Positions 47,643-59,844 are shown, numbered from the whole stretch's first letter. The stretch: 63,793 bases of DNA, filler included, from Reclinomonas americana ATCC 50394 (GCA_048213135.1; 21 parts of 21 records of this genome joined end to end with filler, not necessarily neighbours in it); one strand, 5' to 3'. The notes: generated by a model from the sequence alone, not told the origin. Numbers and translations are program-made.

Positions 47643-48679
47643 CGTGCAACTCACCGCGATATACGCGCAACAGCACTCGCATGCGGACCCGCTTTCTCAC
47701 TCATCGACACACACGAAAACCGACGTGACACCACAGTTGCCACATCGCCACATCAAGCCTCCTCTCAAAGCCCCATTTCATGCTTGCTTCCTCATCACGC
47801 CACGCACATGAGAGAGACGCTCGTGCAGCAGTATGTGGCGATCATTATGAGTGGACGCGCGTGAAAAACGCAATTGTGAATGAGAGGCAACGAGGAATTC
47901 GAATTTTCGTCGATGGAGATTGTGCATGCCATGTGCGCGTGTTCTCTCTTGCGTATGTGCACGAGGCATACTGTGTGCGTGCAGTGTGTCGGCGTGGACG
48001 CAGCTGCAGCGTGGAGGAGAGGCCATGGTTTCGAAATGGCGGCATGCGCAATTTCGCGTGTTTCTGTTGCCTCTTTGTCGTGCGCGCTCAATGGCAGTGT
48101 GCTTCTGCACTGTGAGACGCACATGGTGTGCACGTGTTGCCACTCAAAACGCGCCAGCATCGACTGCAAACTGGCCGTCGTTTTGAATTTGTCGACTGTA
48201 TTGGCATCCGCAGGCGCTTTCTTTTCACGTGTACGTGCATGCGGTGTGTTATATACAGTGTGTCGCCTTGTACGGGGCTGCTGCGTGCAGAGAGGTCGTG
48301 AAAGTGTCAGGTTTTTTGAATTGGCGGCCATTTCGTCACTTTCATCACACGCGACTTGGGAGCGAAGTGCACGCATGTTCAGCAGTTGCGTTCTCTCTCA
48401 TACACACGCACAGAGAGAGAGAGACTCTCGCAATCTGTTCTCTTTGTTGTCTGTGCGAAAGACTGTCAACTTTCTCACTTTCACCGCTCTCTCTCTCTCT
48501 CACTCACTCTCTCACACTCTCTCTGCCTGACTCTTTGCTGTGTGCGTCGAGACAATGAAGAGTCTTGTTGCATGCGGATTCTCGTCATTTTGTTGTCTCT
48601 GATGTCACTGTCTCAATCACACTTGCTCTTCTGCTTTGCCTCTCTGCTCACTGTCGTTCTCCTGGTCCTCTCTCTCGTT

Positions 48680-49520
48680 CACACACAAACGCACGCGCGT
48701 GCGACCTTATATCATTCCTTCAGTCAGCACTTGCATTCCCTCACTCTCTCTCGTGCGCACAAACGCACGCGCTCGTGCGTGCGAACTCATTCTCTCCTGC
48801 CTTCTCCTTCAATCAGCTCAGCACCTGCTCAACCTCTGCCTCTTGTCTCTCGCACGCAAAAGCACGCGCATGTGAACTCATTCTCTCCTGCTTTCCCCTT
48901 CAATCGGCGCTTGCATTCTCTTAGCACCTGCTCAATCGCCCTCTCTTGTCTCCTCACTCTCGTGCACACAAACGCACACGCTCGTGCGTGCGAGTTCATT
49001 CACCCCTGCCTTCCACTTCAATCGGCGCTTGCATTCCCTCAGCACCTGCTCACTCTGCCTCTTGTCTCTCGCTCTCACACAAACGCACGCGCACGCGCGT
49101 GCGAACTCATTCTCTCCTGCCTTCTCCTTCAGTCAGCACTTGCATTCCCTCAGCACCCACTCACTCTCTTTCTCTTGTCTCTCTCGCACACAAACGCACG
49201 CGCACGCGCGTGCGAGTTCATTCTCTCCTGCCTTCTCCTTCAATCAGCACTTGGACTCCCTCAGCACCTGCTCACTCTCTTTCTCTTGTCTCTCTCACAC
49301 ACAAACGCACGCGCACGCGCGTGCGAACTCATTCGCTCCTGCCTTCTCCTTCAATCAGCACTTGTATTCCCTCGGCACCTGCTCACTCTCTCTTGTCTCT
49401 CTCCTGCACACAAACGCATGCCAGCTCATTCTCTTCTGCCTTCTCCTTTAATCAGCACCTGCTCACTCTCTCCCCCCCTCTCTCTCTCACACACACACAC
49501 ACACAAACGCACGCGCACGC
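48680..49520. repeat. Tandem repeat, 111-bp unit (~7 copies), upstream of the first visible PAP exon
   Basis: aaacgcac anchor at 48970, 49081, 49192, 49303 and 49412; unit ..gcgtgcgaactcattctctcctgccttctccttcaatcagcacttgcattccctcagcacctgctcactct.. Confidence 0.9.
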
Positions 49521-49623
49521 GCTTATTCTCTCTGCTTTCGCCTGCTCTCTCTTCTCTTTTCTCCCCCTGTTCTCCTCTCCCTTCTCCCGCCCCCTCCTTG
49601 CCCTCATCTCCCTGCCTTGTCCA

Positions 49624-52600
49624 GAGGTCGTCTCCGAGGCCCAGCCAACGGCTGCCGAGTACGAATCCAGCGAGCGCCTCGACCAGGTCCTGCGCAGCCA
49701 CAACCTGTATGAGCCGCCAGAGGAGAGTGCGCGTCGTGAGCGCGTGCTGGGCAAGCTGAACGCCATTGTGCGCGAGTGGGCCTATCGCGTCAGTATGCAA
49801 AAGGTCTGTGTGTGTGAGTGTGGTGTGAGTGGTGTGTGCGAGAGAGAGAGAGAGAGAAAGAGTGTGTGTCTGTGTGTGTGTGCGTGGGTGTGTGTGTGTG
49901 CCTCTCCTCTCCGCCCTTTTCCCTCCCTCACCCTCCGCCCTTCTCCCTCCCTTACCCTCCGCCCTTTTCCCTCCCTCACCCTCCTCCCTTCTCCCTCCCT
50001 CACCATCCGCCCTTCTCCCTCCCTCACCCTCCGCCCTTCTCCCTCTCTCCCTCGCAGGAACTGGGCGAGGAGGTCGCTCAGCAAGCCGGTGCCAGGATCT
50101 TCACATTCGGCTCGTACCGTTTGGGCGTGCACAGCAGCGGTGGCGATGTGGATACGTTGCGTTGATTCATCAAGCCGATTGTCTTCTCCGCACCATCTCA
50201 TTGTGGCGTCAACAGCCTGGTGGTGGCCCCACGCTTTGTCGATCGCGACGACTTTTTCGGCACCCTGGCCGACATGCTGCGCGAGACGCCCGGTGTGACA
50301 GATTTCACGGTGCGTTGCGACTATCAAGCGAATATACATTGTGTCTTGCTGCCGTCGTCATTGATCGCCTACATCACGCTTTGCTCTTTGTTGGTCATTG
50401 ACGCAACGTCCTTTCTTCGTATCGCCGTCAGGGCGAAGCGTGATCAGCTCATCCAGTACTTCTCGCCTCGTTTCTTTGAATACTCCTTTTGTTGGTGAAG
50501 ATCCCTTCTGCTTTCCATCTCCTCGGCTTCTCCACGCTATTCTGCCCTCTTCTCTTCATCGCATCACCATTCCCTTCATTCCCAGCTTTACTCTCTTTGT
50601 CCGCCTCTTGGCTTGCTCTTGCCCGTCTTTTGGCATCTCTCTTCTCTTCTTTTAGCGAATACTTCGTTGCTTTTCTGTCCCTTCATTCCCCGCTTCCCGT
50701 ACTCGCATTCTCCGCTTTTGTCTTGCTCTTGCCCCTGTCTGTATTCTGCATGCTTCCTTTTTATCTTCCTCCAAGTTGCCTTGTATAATCTTTCCTCGCT
50801 TCCCATACCCTCATTTAGCGCAGCTTGGCTTGCTCATTCACTTCTCTCAGTCATTACCGCTTCCCTTTCTCTTCCTTTCAGTATCCTTTTTGTTGCATCC
50901 GATGGGGACCTTCCTCGACCGTCCTTCGCCAATACTTTGTCGCTCCTGTGCCTTTTTCCCCACTCTCTGCCCTTCCTCGTCGCTCGGTACCCTTCATACT
51001 GCTGCTCTCATTCCCTTATTCCCATTTGCCGCCCTTTACTACTCTTGTTCTTCTCTTGCGCTCCACTCACATCTCTTCTTGAATCCGTCTCCTGTATTCC
51101 GCCCTTCCCTCACTCTCTTCCTGCTTTCCCTCCTTTCCCCTTTCCCTCTTTTCCCCCTCCATTTCTCTCCCCTCCCCTTCCCCTCCCTTCCTCCTTCCCT
51201 CCCTTCCCCTTCCCCTCCCTTCCTCCTTCCCTCCCTTCCCATTTCCTCTCCCTTTCCCTTATGCCTCCCTTCCCCTCACCCTTCCCTTNNNNNNNNNNNN
51301 NNNNNNNNNNNNNNNNNNNNNNNNNNNNNNNNTTAATTAATTAANNNNNNNNNNNNNNNNNNNNNNNNNNNNNNNNNNNNNNNNNNNNCTTCGTCTCCAA
51401 CCCTCCTTTTTCCGTTGCTGACTTGGTCGCGTTGCTGCCCGCAGATCAGGAGGGGTGACGAAGTGACGGCAGAGATCGAAGCAGGCACGAAACCGTGGGA
51501 GGCCCTCTTTGAGCACAGTGACTTTTTTGTACAGTACGAGTGGTATCTGCAGATTGAGATTGTGTCGGTCGACCCGGATGCTCATCCGCGATGGTTTGTT
51601 TGCACGCGCATCATGTCGCGTTTATTGCACGTGTGCATTCTCTCTCTCTTCTCGTTCTAGTCGCTCTTGTGCATGCATTCTCTCTGCATCCTCACTCATG
51701 TGTGACCTGCATTCGACTCGCCCGACATGATCCTGCAGTGGGTGGCATTTCTGCCGTCTCCCTCTAAGTCACTCTCCTACGCTTTCACTCTCCTCGCTCT
51801 CGCGCATGCATTCTCTCTACATCGCTCATGTGTGACTTGCGTTCGACTCGCCCGACATGATTCAGCAGTGGGTCACATTTCTGTCATCTCCGTCTCCTTC
51901 ACTCTCCTTCTTGTTCACTGTCCCTCTCTTCTCACTCTCCTCGCTCTTGTGCATGCATTCTCTCTGCATCACTCATGCGTGACGTGCATTCGATCGCATT
52001 TCTGTCATCTCCCTCTCTTTCCCTCTCCCCTCTCATTCACCTATTCCCTCCTTTCCCTTCACCCCCTCCTTCTCCTTCACCCCCTCTTTCTCTTTCCCTG
52101 CCCACCTTCTCCCTCACTTCGCGACCACAGGAAGGGCGCCGTCGAATCGCGTCTGCGGTATCTGGTCATGGCGCTGGAGAATGTCGACGGTCTCTCGGTG
52201 CACCCGTGGCCGGAGGATTACACACCGCCGACCGCCGAAGATGGACTCGTGTCCTCCGTGTACTTTTTCGGACTGATTTACGACAAGACGAGGGTGTGTC
52301 TCGCCTCCTGTTGTGTGTGCGCACACCTCGTTCATGTCGTGCTGATCATCTTTGGTGCCTGCAGGGTCGCCACCAAATCGAACTCGGTGGTCCAGGTTTC
52401 GTCACTCGGTCACTCATCCCCGTCTTTGGCGCTTGTCATAACACCTCTGGCGCACAGTACGCAAGTTCCTTGACGATCTCATGGCGTGGGGTTCTGAGTA
52501 CGCAGCTCGTGAGCCGATTATGACGCCGGTGAAACGGTTCGCCTACGTGAATGAGAAGCAAGGGTGATGCAACGTGCTGATCGTCTCCCCCCCCGTGCAG

Positions 52601-52916
52601 AGCCAACATTCCCGACTTTGTGTTCCCCGACGGCATTCGTCCCCCGATCCCTCCCAAGCCACGCAAGAAGCGCGCATCGGCCGGCGCCGCCGGCTCGAGT
52701 GCCACTCCTGAGCCGCCGTTGAAGCGACAAAAGACGGAAGGTATCTCTCCCTTTTCGACGATCCCCTGCGCGTCTGTGTTGATGTTGCTTATCGTCGTGC
52801 GACAGCTGCGGAGGAGTTACCCGAAAGCCCCGGACTGGAGCTCTTTGCACCGGCGGGAGGCTCCAGCTCTGCGCCGCCCAAGCCCTCCGGAACCAAGAAG
52901 CCAGCCATCGTCATGA
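49624..52916 (+). CDS. PAP1: Canonical poly(A) polymerase, multi-exon; central part lost in gap 51289-51388
   Basis: SEAQPT..NLYE..EES.RRERVLGKLN; ARIFTFGSYRLGVHSSGGDVDTL (catalytic DxD); APRFVDRDDFF; WEALFE.SDFF..Y; GAVESRLRYLV; IPDFVF. Confidence 0.92.
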
Positions 52917-53571
52917 GTTGATTGGACGCGTGGGAATGTCCGTGTGGAGTTACGGCGGGTGTGTGTTGGAGAAGGGGAGTGTGTGATGAAGAAAAAAGAG
53001 AAAACTAAAAAGTAAAAGCCGCGTTGATACTGGCTAGTCGTGAAGGGAATGAAGTGCAACAACAAAACACTTTATTCACCACATTCCAATAATGCGATAA
53101 ACGCCCACAAATCCCTTGCCGACAATGACGTTGGCACAACACACATAGTTACTTATACTCAAAAATCCATAGTGTGGCGGAGTCTGAAGGGAGAGGAAGA
53201 GAGCCGAAGTGATTTGCTTCTCGACGTGAGCTGATCCTGCAAAGTCTGCTTTCAGGAAAGCACGTCGACCACGAAGTCCAAGTCCTGAACATTCGCGTTG
53301 TGAGTCGAATGCCCACTCTGTCCTTTGCTCTTTGCAGGAGAGGATGTCTGCTTCCAGGAAAGCACGTCGCGAAGTCCGAGTCCTGCATTCGCGTCTTTCC
53401 GGTCTTTCCTCTTCCTTTGTCTGTTTGTTCCGCTCTGGGTCGCTCTGCTCTCTCTCTCTCTCACNNNNNNNNNNNNNNNNNNNNNNNNNNNNNNNNNNNN
53501 NNNNNNNNTTAATTAATTAANNNNNNNNNNNNNNNNNNNNNNNNNNNNNNNNNNNNNNNNNNNNTCGTCTC

Positions 53572-53610
<39 letters not shown>

Positions 53611-53635
53611 CCTACCTCTCCTCCTCTCTCTCTCG

Positions 53636-53666
<31 letters not shown>

Positions 53667-53750
53667 CCTCCTCCACTCTCCTCCTCTCTCTCTCTCTCCC
53701 TCTCCCTCTCTCTCCCTCTCCCTCTCTCTCCCTCTTTCCTCTTCCCTCTC

Positions 53751-54827
53751 ATGTCACCCATCCTCATTCCATCAAAATGTCTCGAGGGACACGCGAGCCT
53801 TGTGCACTCTGTCGTCGTCACTCCCGACAGTCAGCATGTCGTGAGCGGGAGCCAGGACAAGACTGTGCGCGTGTGGTCACTGGCAAGTGGCGAGGAGGTG
53901 CTCCGGTTGGAGGGGCACACTGGTCCCATTCTATCGGTCGCGGTAACCCCCGATGGCCTGCACGTTGTGAGTGGAAGCGGAGACCGCACAGTGCAAGTGT
54001 GGTCACTGGCAAGTGGAGAGCAAATACGTCGGCTGAGGGGACACTCCAGTGCAGTTCTCTCCGTCGCGGTTTCTCCCAATGGTCAGTACGTTGTGAGTGG
54101 AGGGAAGGACGGAACTGTGCGCGTGTGGTCACTGGCGAGTGGTGAGGAAGTGCGACAGTTGAAAGGCCACACGTCGACTGTGCAGTCTGTCGCTGTTTCT
54201 CCCGATGGCCTCTTCATTGTGAGCGGAGGTGTTGACGAGACAGTGCGAGTGTGGTCGCTGGCGAGTGGTGAAGAATTGCGACGGTTGGATGGGCACACTC
54301 GCCCTGTAGTCGCCGTCTGTTCCAATGGTCACGAGATTGTGAGTGGTAGCCGCGACATGGTGCGATTGTGGTCCCTGGTGAGTGGCGAGGCACTGCGACT
54401 GCTGGTGGGACACAGCAGAGTCGTGATGTCCCTCGCCGTCTCGCCCGATGGACAGCACGTTATGAGCGGGAGTACAGACGACGCCATCCGACTGTGGTCC
54501 GTGGCAAGTGGTGAATTGGTGCGCTTGTTGGAGGAGCACACAAGCTCGGTGAGTTCTGTCGTCTTCACTCCCGACGGTCAGTACATCGTCAGCGGCAGCT
54601 GGGACAAGACCGTGCGTGTGTGGTCCACTCCGCTTGCGCTTGCTGGCCAGGAGCTCGGCGCAGCGCGTGCGGCGTTACAGGCGGTGCAGGAGATGCAGCA
54701 ACAGGAGGAGGAGGAGAAGGAGCCAGATTCTCGTTGCCTGCCGGAGATGGTGTTGCGCTGCTTCATAGTCGAGGATGCGTCGGTTATTGTGTATCGATGC
54801 AGCGTGACCCCTGGGTGGCATCTGTGA
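53751..54827 (+). CDS. WD40 + tail family member 8 (7 WD40, intronless)
   Basis: Same repeat consensus as the array; tail STPLALA..DSRCLPEMVLRCFIVEDASVIVYRCSVTPGWHL*. Confidence 0.92.
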   Translation: MSPILIPSKCLEGHASLVHSVVVTPDSQHVVSGSQDKTVRVWSLASGEEVLRLEGHTGPILSVAVTPDGLHVVSGSGDRTVQVWSLASGEQIRRLRGHSSAVLSVAVSPNGQYVVSGGKDGTVRVWSLASGEEVRQLKGHTSTVQSVAVSPDGLFIVSGGVDETVRVWSLASGEELRRLDGHTRPVVAVCSNGHEIVSGSRDMVRLWSLVSGEALRLLVGHSRVVMSLAVSPDGQHVMSGSTDDAIRLWSVASGELVRLLEEHTSSVSSVVFTPDGQYIVSGSWDKTVRVWSTPLALAGQELGAARAALQAVQEMQQQEEEEKEPDSRCLPEMVLRCFIVEDASVIVYRCSVTPGWHL

Positions 54828-55283
54828 AGTCGATGAAGAAAAGAGAGAGTTCGTGTGGTCGGAGCTTGAGGCTTCTTTGTGTCTGCTTGTGTTCGTGTCT
54901 TAGTCTTCGAAAGCACTTGGCGGTCAGCATGAAGTATTGTGTTGAATGGGCTGGCATGTGGTGCAATGTAGAAATTAAAGCAACACTCTTGATGTCTGCG
55001 TTTTGTTACTTTAACTGTTTGATCGTCGCGGCACGTGTTGCTGGTGCATGGAGGAATAAGGTTGTGAACCGGGTGCAAGAAAGCCATCACTGTCGACGGG
55101 AGGGCACGTCGACATGACAAGATTCCGTCCCATCGACCCTTGTTCTCATTCACATTTTGCGAGCCGATTCACACCCTCCCTGTGCTCCGCTCTACTCTCC
55201 TCTTCTCCCTCCCCCTGCTCCCCCCTCTCTTGTTCTCCATACGCCCATTCTCTCACATCCCACTTCCCCTCCCGCCCCCTCAC

Positions 55284-56433
55284 ATGTCACTTTTTCCTCC
55301 TCCTCCTCCTCCCCCTCCCCCTCCTCCTCCCCCCTCCTCCTCCCCCTCCCCTTGTCTTTCTGACGAAACACTGCTTGCAGCATGATTCTCCAGTGCACTG
55401 CGTCGTCGTCACTCCCGACGGTCGGCATGTCGTGAGCGGGAGCCAGGACAAGACTGTGCGCGTGTGGTCACTGGCAAGTGGCGAGGAGGTGCGACGCATG
55501 GAAGGCCACACTGGTCCCATTCTATCGGTCGCGGTAACCCCCGATGGCCTGCACGTTGTGAGTGGAAGCGGAGACCGCACAGTGCAAGTGTGGTCACTGG
55601 CGAGTGGAGAGCACATACGTCGGCTGAGGGGACACTCCGGTGCAGTTCTCTCCGTCGCGGTTTCTCCCAATGGTCAGTACGTTGTGAGCGGCAGTGGCGA
55701 CAAGACAGTGCGAGTGTGGTCTCTGGCGAGCGGAGAAGAAGTGCGACAGTTGAAAGGCCACATGTCGACTGTGCGGTCTGTTGCCGTCACTCCCGATGGT
55801 CAGCATGTCGTAAGCAGAGGGAAGGACGAGATAGTGCGAGTATGGTCACTGACAAGTGGTGAAGAACTGCGACAGATTGTGGGGCGCGTTGGAGCAAACC
55901 CTTTATATTCTGTCGCCGTCACTCGCGATGGTCAGTACGTTGTGGATGTGAGCTGGGACGGAAACATTCGGGTGTGGTCGCTGGCAAGTGGCGAGGACAT
56001 GCGGCAGGTGAAGGAATATCCTGAATGGATAGATTCTGTCGCTGTGTCTCCCAACGGACAGCACGTTGTGAGTCCGAGTACCGACAGAACTGTTCGGCTG
56101 TTGTCCCTCGCAAGCGGAAAGATGGTGCGTCTGTTTGAGGAGCACACAAACTTTGCGAGATCTGTCGCCTTCACTCCCGACGGTCAGCACATCGTCAGCG
56201 GCAGCTGGGACAAGACCGTGCGTGTGTGGTCCACTCCCAGTGGCCTTGCTCGTCTGGAGCTCCACGAAGCGCGTGCGGCATTGCTGGCGGTGAATGGGAT
56301 GCAGCGAGCTGTGCCGATTGACGAGGAGCCCGATTCTCGGTGCCTGCCGGAGATGGTGTTGCGCTGCTTCATCGTCGAGGATGCGGCGGTTATCGTGCAT
56401 CGGTGCAGTGTGACCCCTGGGTGGCATCTGTGA
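55284..56433 (+). CDS. WD40 + tail family member 9 with probable poly-Pro N-terminus (apparent +1 frameshift at C6 run 55329-55334)
   Basis: ATG 55284 MSLF(P)n is in a different frame from PPLVFLTKHCLQHD..7 WD40..DSRCLPEMVLRCFIVEDAAVIVHRCSVTPGWHL*. Confidence 0.85.
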
Positions 56434-57119
56434 CGAGTGAGTGGTGATGTTTTCTTTCCTTCTCTTGCTCTTACCTCCGGAACTGAGTTTGGTTGTCTGC
56501 TTGCTTGAGGGGCCGTGTGCGTGTCTGCGTTTTATTTTCTTCTTCAGAGTTCGCGTAATCGTCGTCGTGTAATGTAATTCGCGTGTTGCCGTCGTGCAGC
56601 CCATTTGCAGATACACTTTTTTCTTTGCAGTCACCTCGCCATCTCCAACTACTCTTTTCGTGGACGATATCCTGACCGCCCGAACCGCTTTTTTTGCCCG
56701 TCTCTCTCCCTCCATCATAGCAGGCATCATCACGCTTCGTTGCATCAATGATCTATCCTGCATTTCTTCTCCTTCTCCCCCTTTCCCGTTCTCCTGCTCG
56801 TCCGGCTCGTCTCTCTTCTCCTCTCCCCCTCTTCGCCGTNNNNNNNNNNNNNNNNNNNNNNNNNNNNNNNNNNNNNNNNNNNNTTAATTAATTAANNNNN
56901 NNNNNNNNNNNNNNNNNNNNNNNNNNNNNNNNNNNNNNNCCCTTCGCCCCTTCTCTCTCTTCCTCTCCCCCTTCTCCCTCTTCCTCTCCCTCTTCCTCTC
57001 TCTTCCTCTCCCCCTTCTCCCTCTTCCTCTCCCTCTTCCTCTCTCCCTTCCCTTCCCCCGTCCTTCCCCCTCCTCCATTCCCTTTCCCTTCTTCTCCTCC
57101 TTCCCCTTCATTCCTCCTC

Positions 57120-59000
57120 CCCCACCACCAACGAATGCGCCCTCCCACACGCCACTGCCACCACCCGCCGCGCACCGCGCACCTCTACCCGCGCCGGCCG
57201 CTCCAGGCAGAACGGCCGCTCCACCCCACACTGCCCGTACACCGAGCTTCCGAATGCATACAAGCGACCCGACTCGGTCACCAACAGTGTGTGCTCGGCG
57301 CCGCACGCCGCGCTCAGCACCGGCTCGTCGAGCTTCAACACGCGCGTGAAAATCGCGGCATCGTCGCTGCTGCCGTTGCCGAGATTGCCGCCGTACGCCC
57401 CATTGCCAATGTCGCCCTTGCTGCACCACAACACACGTGTTATGAGCGAAAGAGGCACGCGAACACACACGCACGCATACACGCGCGCGTGCAAGAGAAA
57501 CATCAAAGGGCAAAGCTGCTTCGATAAGGGCCACGCACCCACACGCATACACACATTATCGCAAACACTCACACATATACACTGAATTCTGCCACCACAC
57601 AAGCCACTGCGTCGACTTTCTTCCTTTCTCTTTCCCACGTGCGAGAGAGACATTAAAAGGCAAAGCTTCTCCGATAAGGGCCACGCACCCACACGCATAC
57701 ACACATTCTCGCAAGCATACACACACACACACACGCTGTCTTTCGGCCACCACACAAGCCATTGCGTCGACTACCTTTTTCTCCATTTCCTCCTTCTCTC
57801 CCTTCTGTTACTTTCTCCCCCTTCGCTCCCTGTCTCACCTCCCACCCAGTCGCCGTTGCTCTCCCCTCTTTCTCGGTTTCTTCCTATTTCCATGTTGCCC
57901 TCCCCTGCTTCGCTGTCTCACGTACTAAACACTCGCCAGTGCTCCTCCCCTTCAGTTTTCTTTCTCTTTCCCACGTGCAAGAGAAACATCAAAAGCGCAA
58001 AGCTATTATGATTAGGGCCACGCACCCACACGCAAACACCTCGCCCTCCTCCGACATGGCCAACGAGTGAAACGCGCCGGCCGCCACCGCCCGCACACGC
58101 ACCGACACTGGCGCACCCCTCTCGTCGACAAACGGCACCACAGCAGCCTGCGCGCACAGCTTCCCATCCTGCTCCACACTCTCCATCACACTCTCCGTGT
58201 GCCCGAGCCCGAGCGCGCCATTCCCATTCGTTCCAAACCCAAACACGCGACCCTCACGCGCGCTCACCAACAGCGCGTGGTGGCCACCAGCCGCCACATC
58301 CACAACCTGCCAGCAGAAGCATGGGCACCACGCGAGGAAGGATCCCGCGTGCACACCATACCTTGTCATCGTCACTGCTGGCATGCACCGCCGAGTAACC
58401 ACCGCGACTCCAGCCTGCCATGACCACTTGCGACCCATCCTCCGACAGGAACAACGAGTGACTGATGCCAGCAGCCACCTTGCGCACGGCAAAGGGAAGC
58501 TGCAGTTGCACCGGGTCCGCAGCACACTCGGCCTCGATGCCCAGTCGACCATGCGCGTTGGTGCCTTTGACAAGTGATCAATCATCGGAACAATAAGAGG
58601 TAGATTGTATGCAGTGTCACTTACCGCACGCCCACACATGACCGTCCTCCGTCACCAACAGTGTATGATAGGCGCCACATGCGACGTCGCAGACTCGCAC
58701 GTCTTCTGGCAACACAAAACGTCGCCATGTTTCGGCAGAGGAGGGTGGCACTTGTCCATAGCGCGAGTGCCCTGCTCCCCATGCGCTCCCGTCACTGAGT
58801 ACGCACACAGAGTGCTCCAGGCCACATGCGACAGCACTGCAGCAGAGTGAGAGCAAAGGAGAAGAGACAAGAGAATCGCGAGTGGTAGAGACTGACCGGC
58901 ATGTCGCACTGGCAAATGCCTCGCAGCGTGTGAAGGGCGATGGTGTGTCACTGCTTCCACACTGGCCATATTCGTTGCTGCCTGCTGCCCACAATGCCAT
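57120..59000 (-). CDS. RCC1/UVR8-like repeat protein, multi-exon, 3' end in gap
   Basis: MALWAAGSNEYGQCG; VACGLEHS; VACGAYHTLLVTEDGHVWACG; VAAGGHHALL..GFGTNGNGALGLG; AACGAEHTLLVTESGRLYAFGSSVYGQCG. Confidence 0.9.
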
Positions 59001-59252
59001 GTCTTCTGCGAATGTGTTGAGAAGGAGGAAATGTCCTGCGTCTGCATCTGTCAGTCTGTGGAACCCGGCAGGGTTTTTGGTCAACCTTGACCTGCTAGTG
59101 TCCGGTTCGCCGGGTTACAACCCGGCGGCTGAGCAGGTCACCTCGCTGGTCGCAGGCGAGCCGGAAAGAAGTCCGTGAGGGAGCGTCGCGTGTCAGTGTC
59201 CCATGTCCCGATCAAACTCGACTCTCACACTCAGAGCGCAAGTGGTCACAAA

Positions 59253-59844
59253 ATGGAGCTGCTGTCTGTTGGCTCGCAGGTGGTCAGCCATTGGCCCGGC
59301 GCGTCGCCGCGCTTCGTTTTTATCGTCTCCTTAGTCCACCTCCTCCTCGTGATCATCCTGTATTACAATCACGTGCGTGACCATGTGTGTGAGCATTTCC
59401 ACTTACACACTGCCCTCAGCGCTAATCTCCCTGCACGTGACAGCGACTGCGCGTTCGGCGAGAGCAACTTGCCACCACTGTGGACGCGTATCTGGTGACA
59501 GCCCGTGTGGTAGAGAGCAACTTGGCTGTGAGGCGTGCAGCATGGACGGATGCGGCACAAATGGCAGTCGGTGGCACGCGCGATTTTGTGGTGCGCTTTG
59601 GAGCCTCGCCTGAGGGTGTAGGTGTGTTCTGGTTCTCCTTCTGTTCGTTTTACGCGCACTGACGTATTTCGTTGCAGAGTTGGCCAACGAGATTCAGCAG
59701 CGCTATGTGCGACTGTCGGCAATCGTTAACGACCTTGCCCACCTTCAGCGCATGGCTTCCGTGGAGTTGGATTCAGCCATCGATGAGTGTGAGCGGCGTG
59801 TGAAGGTTCACGGCGAGGAGCTCCACTTGCTGCAGGCGCAGTGA
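59253..59844 (+). CDS. Small hypothetical helical/coiled-coil protein (spliced)
   Basis: MELLSVGSQ|gt; exon RLRVRREQLATTVDAYLV..; cag|ELANEIQQRYVRLSAIVNDLAHLQRMASVELDSAIDECERRVKVHGEELHLLQAQ*. Confidence 0.35.
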
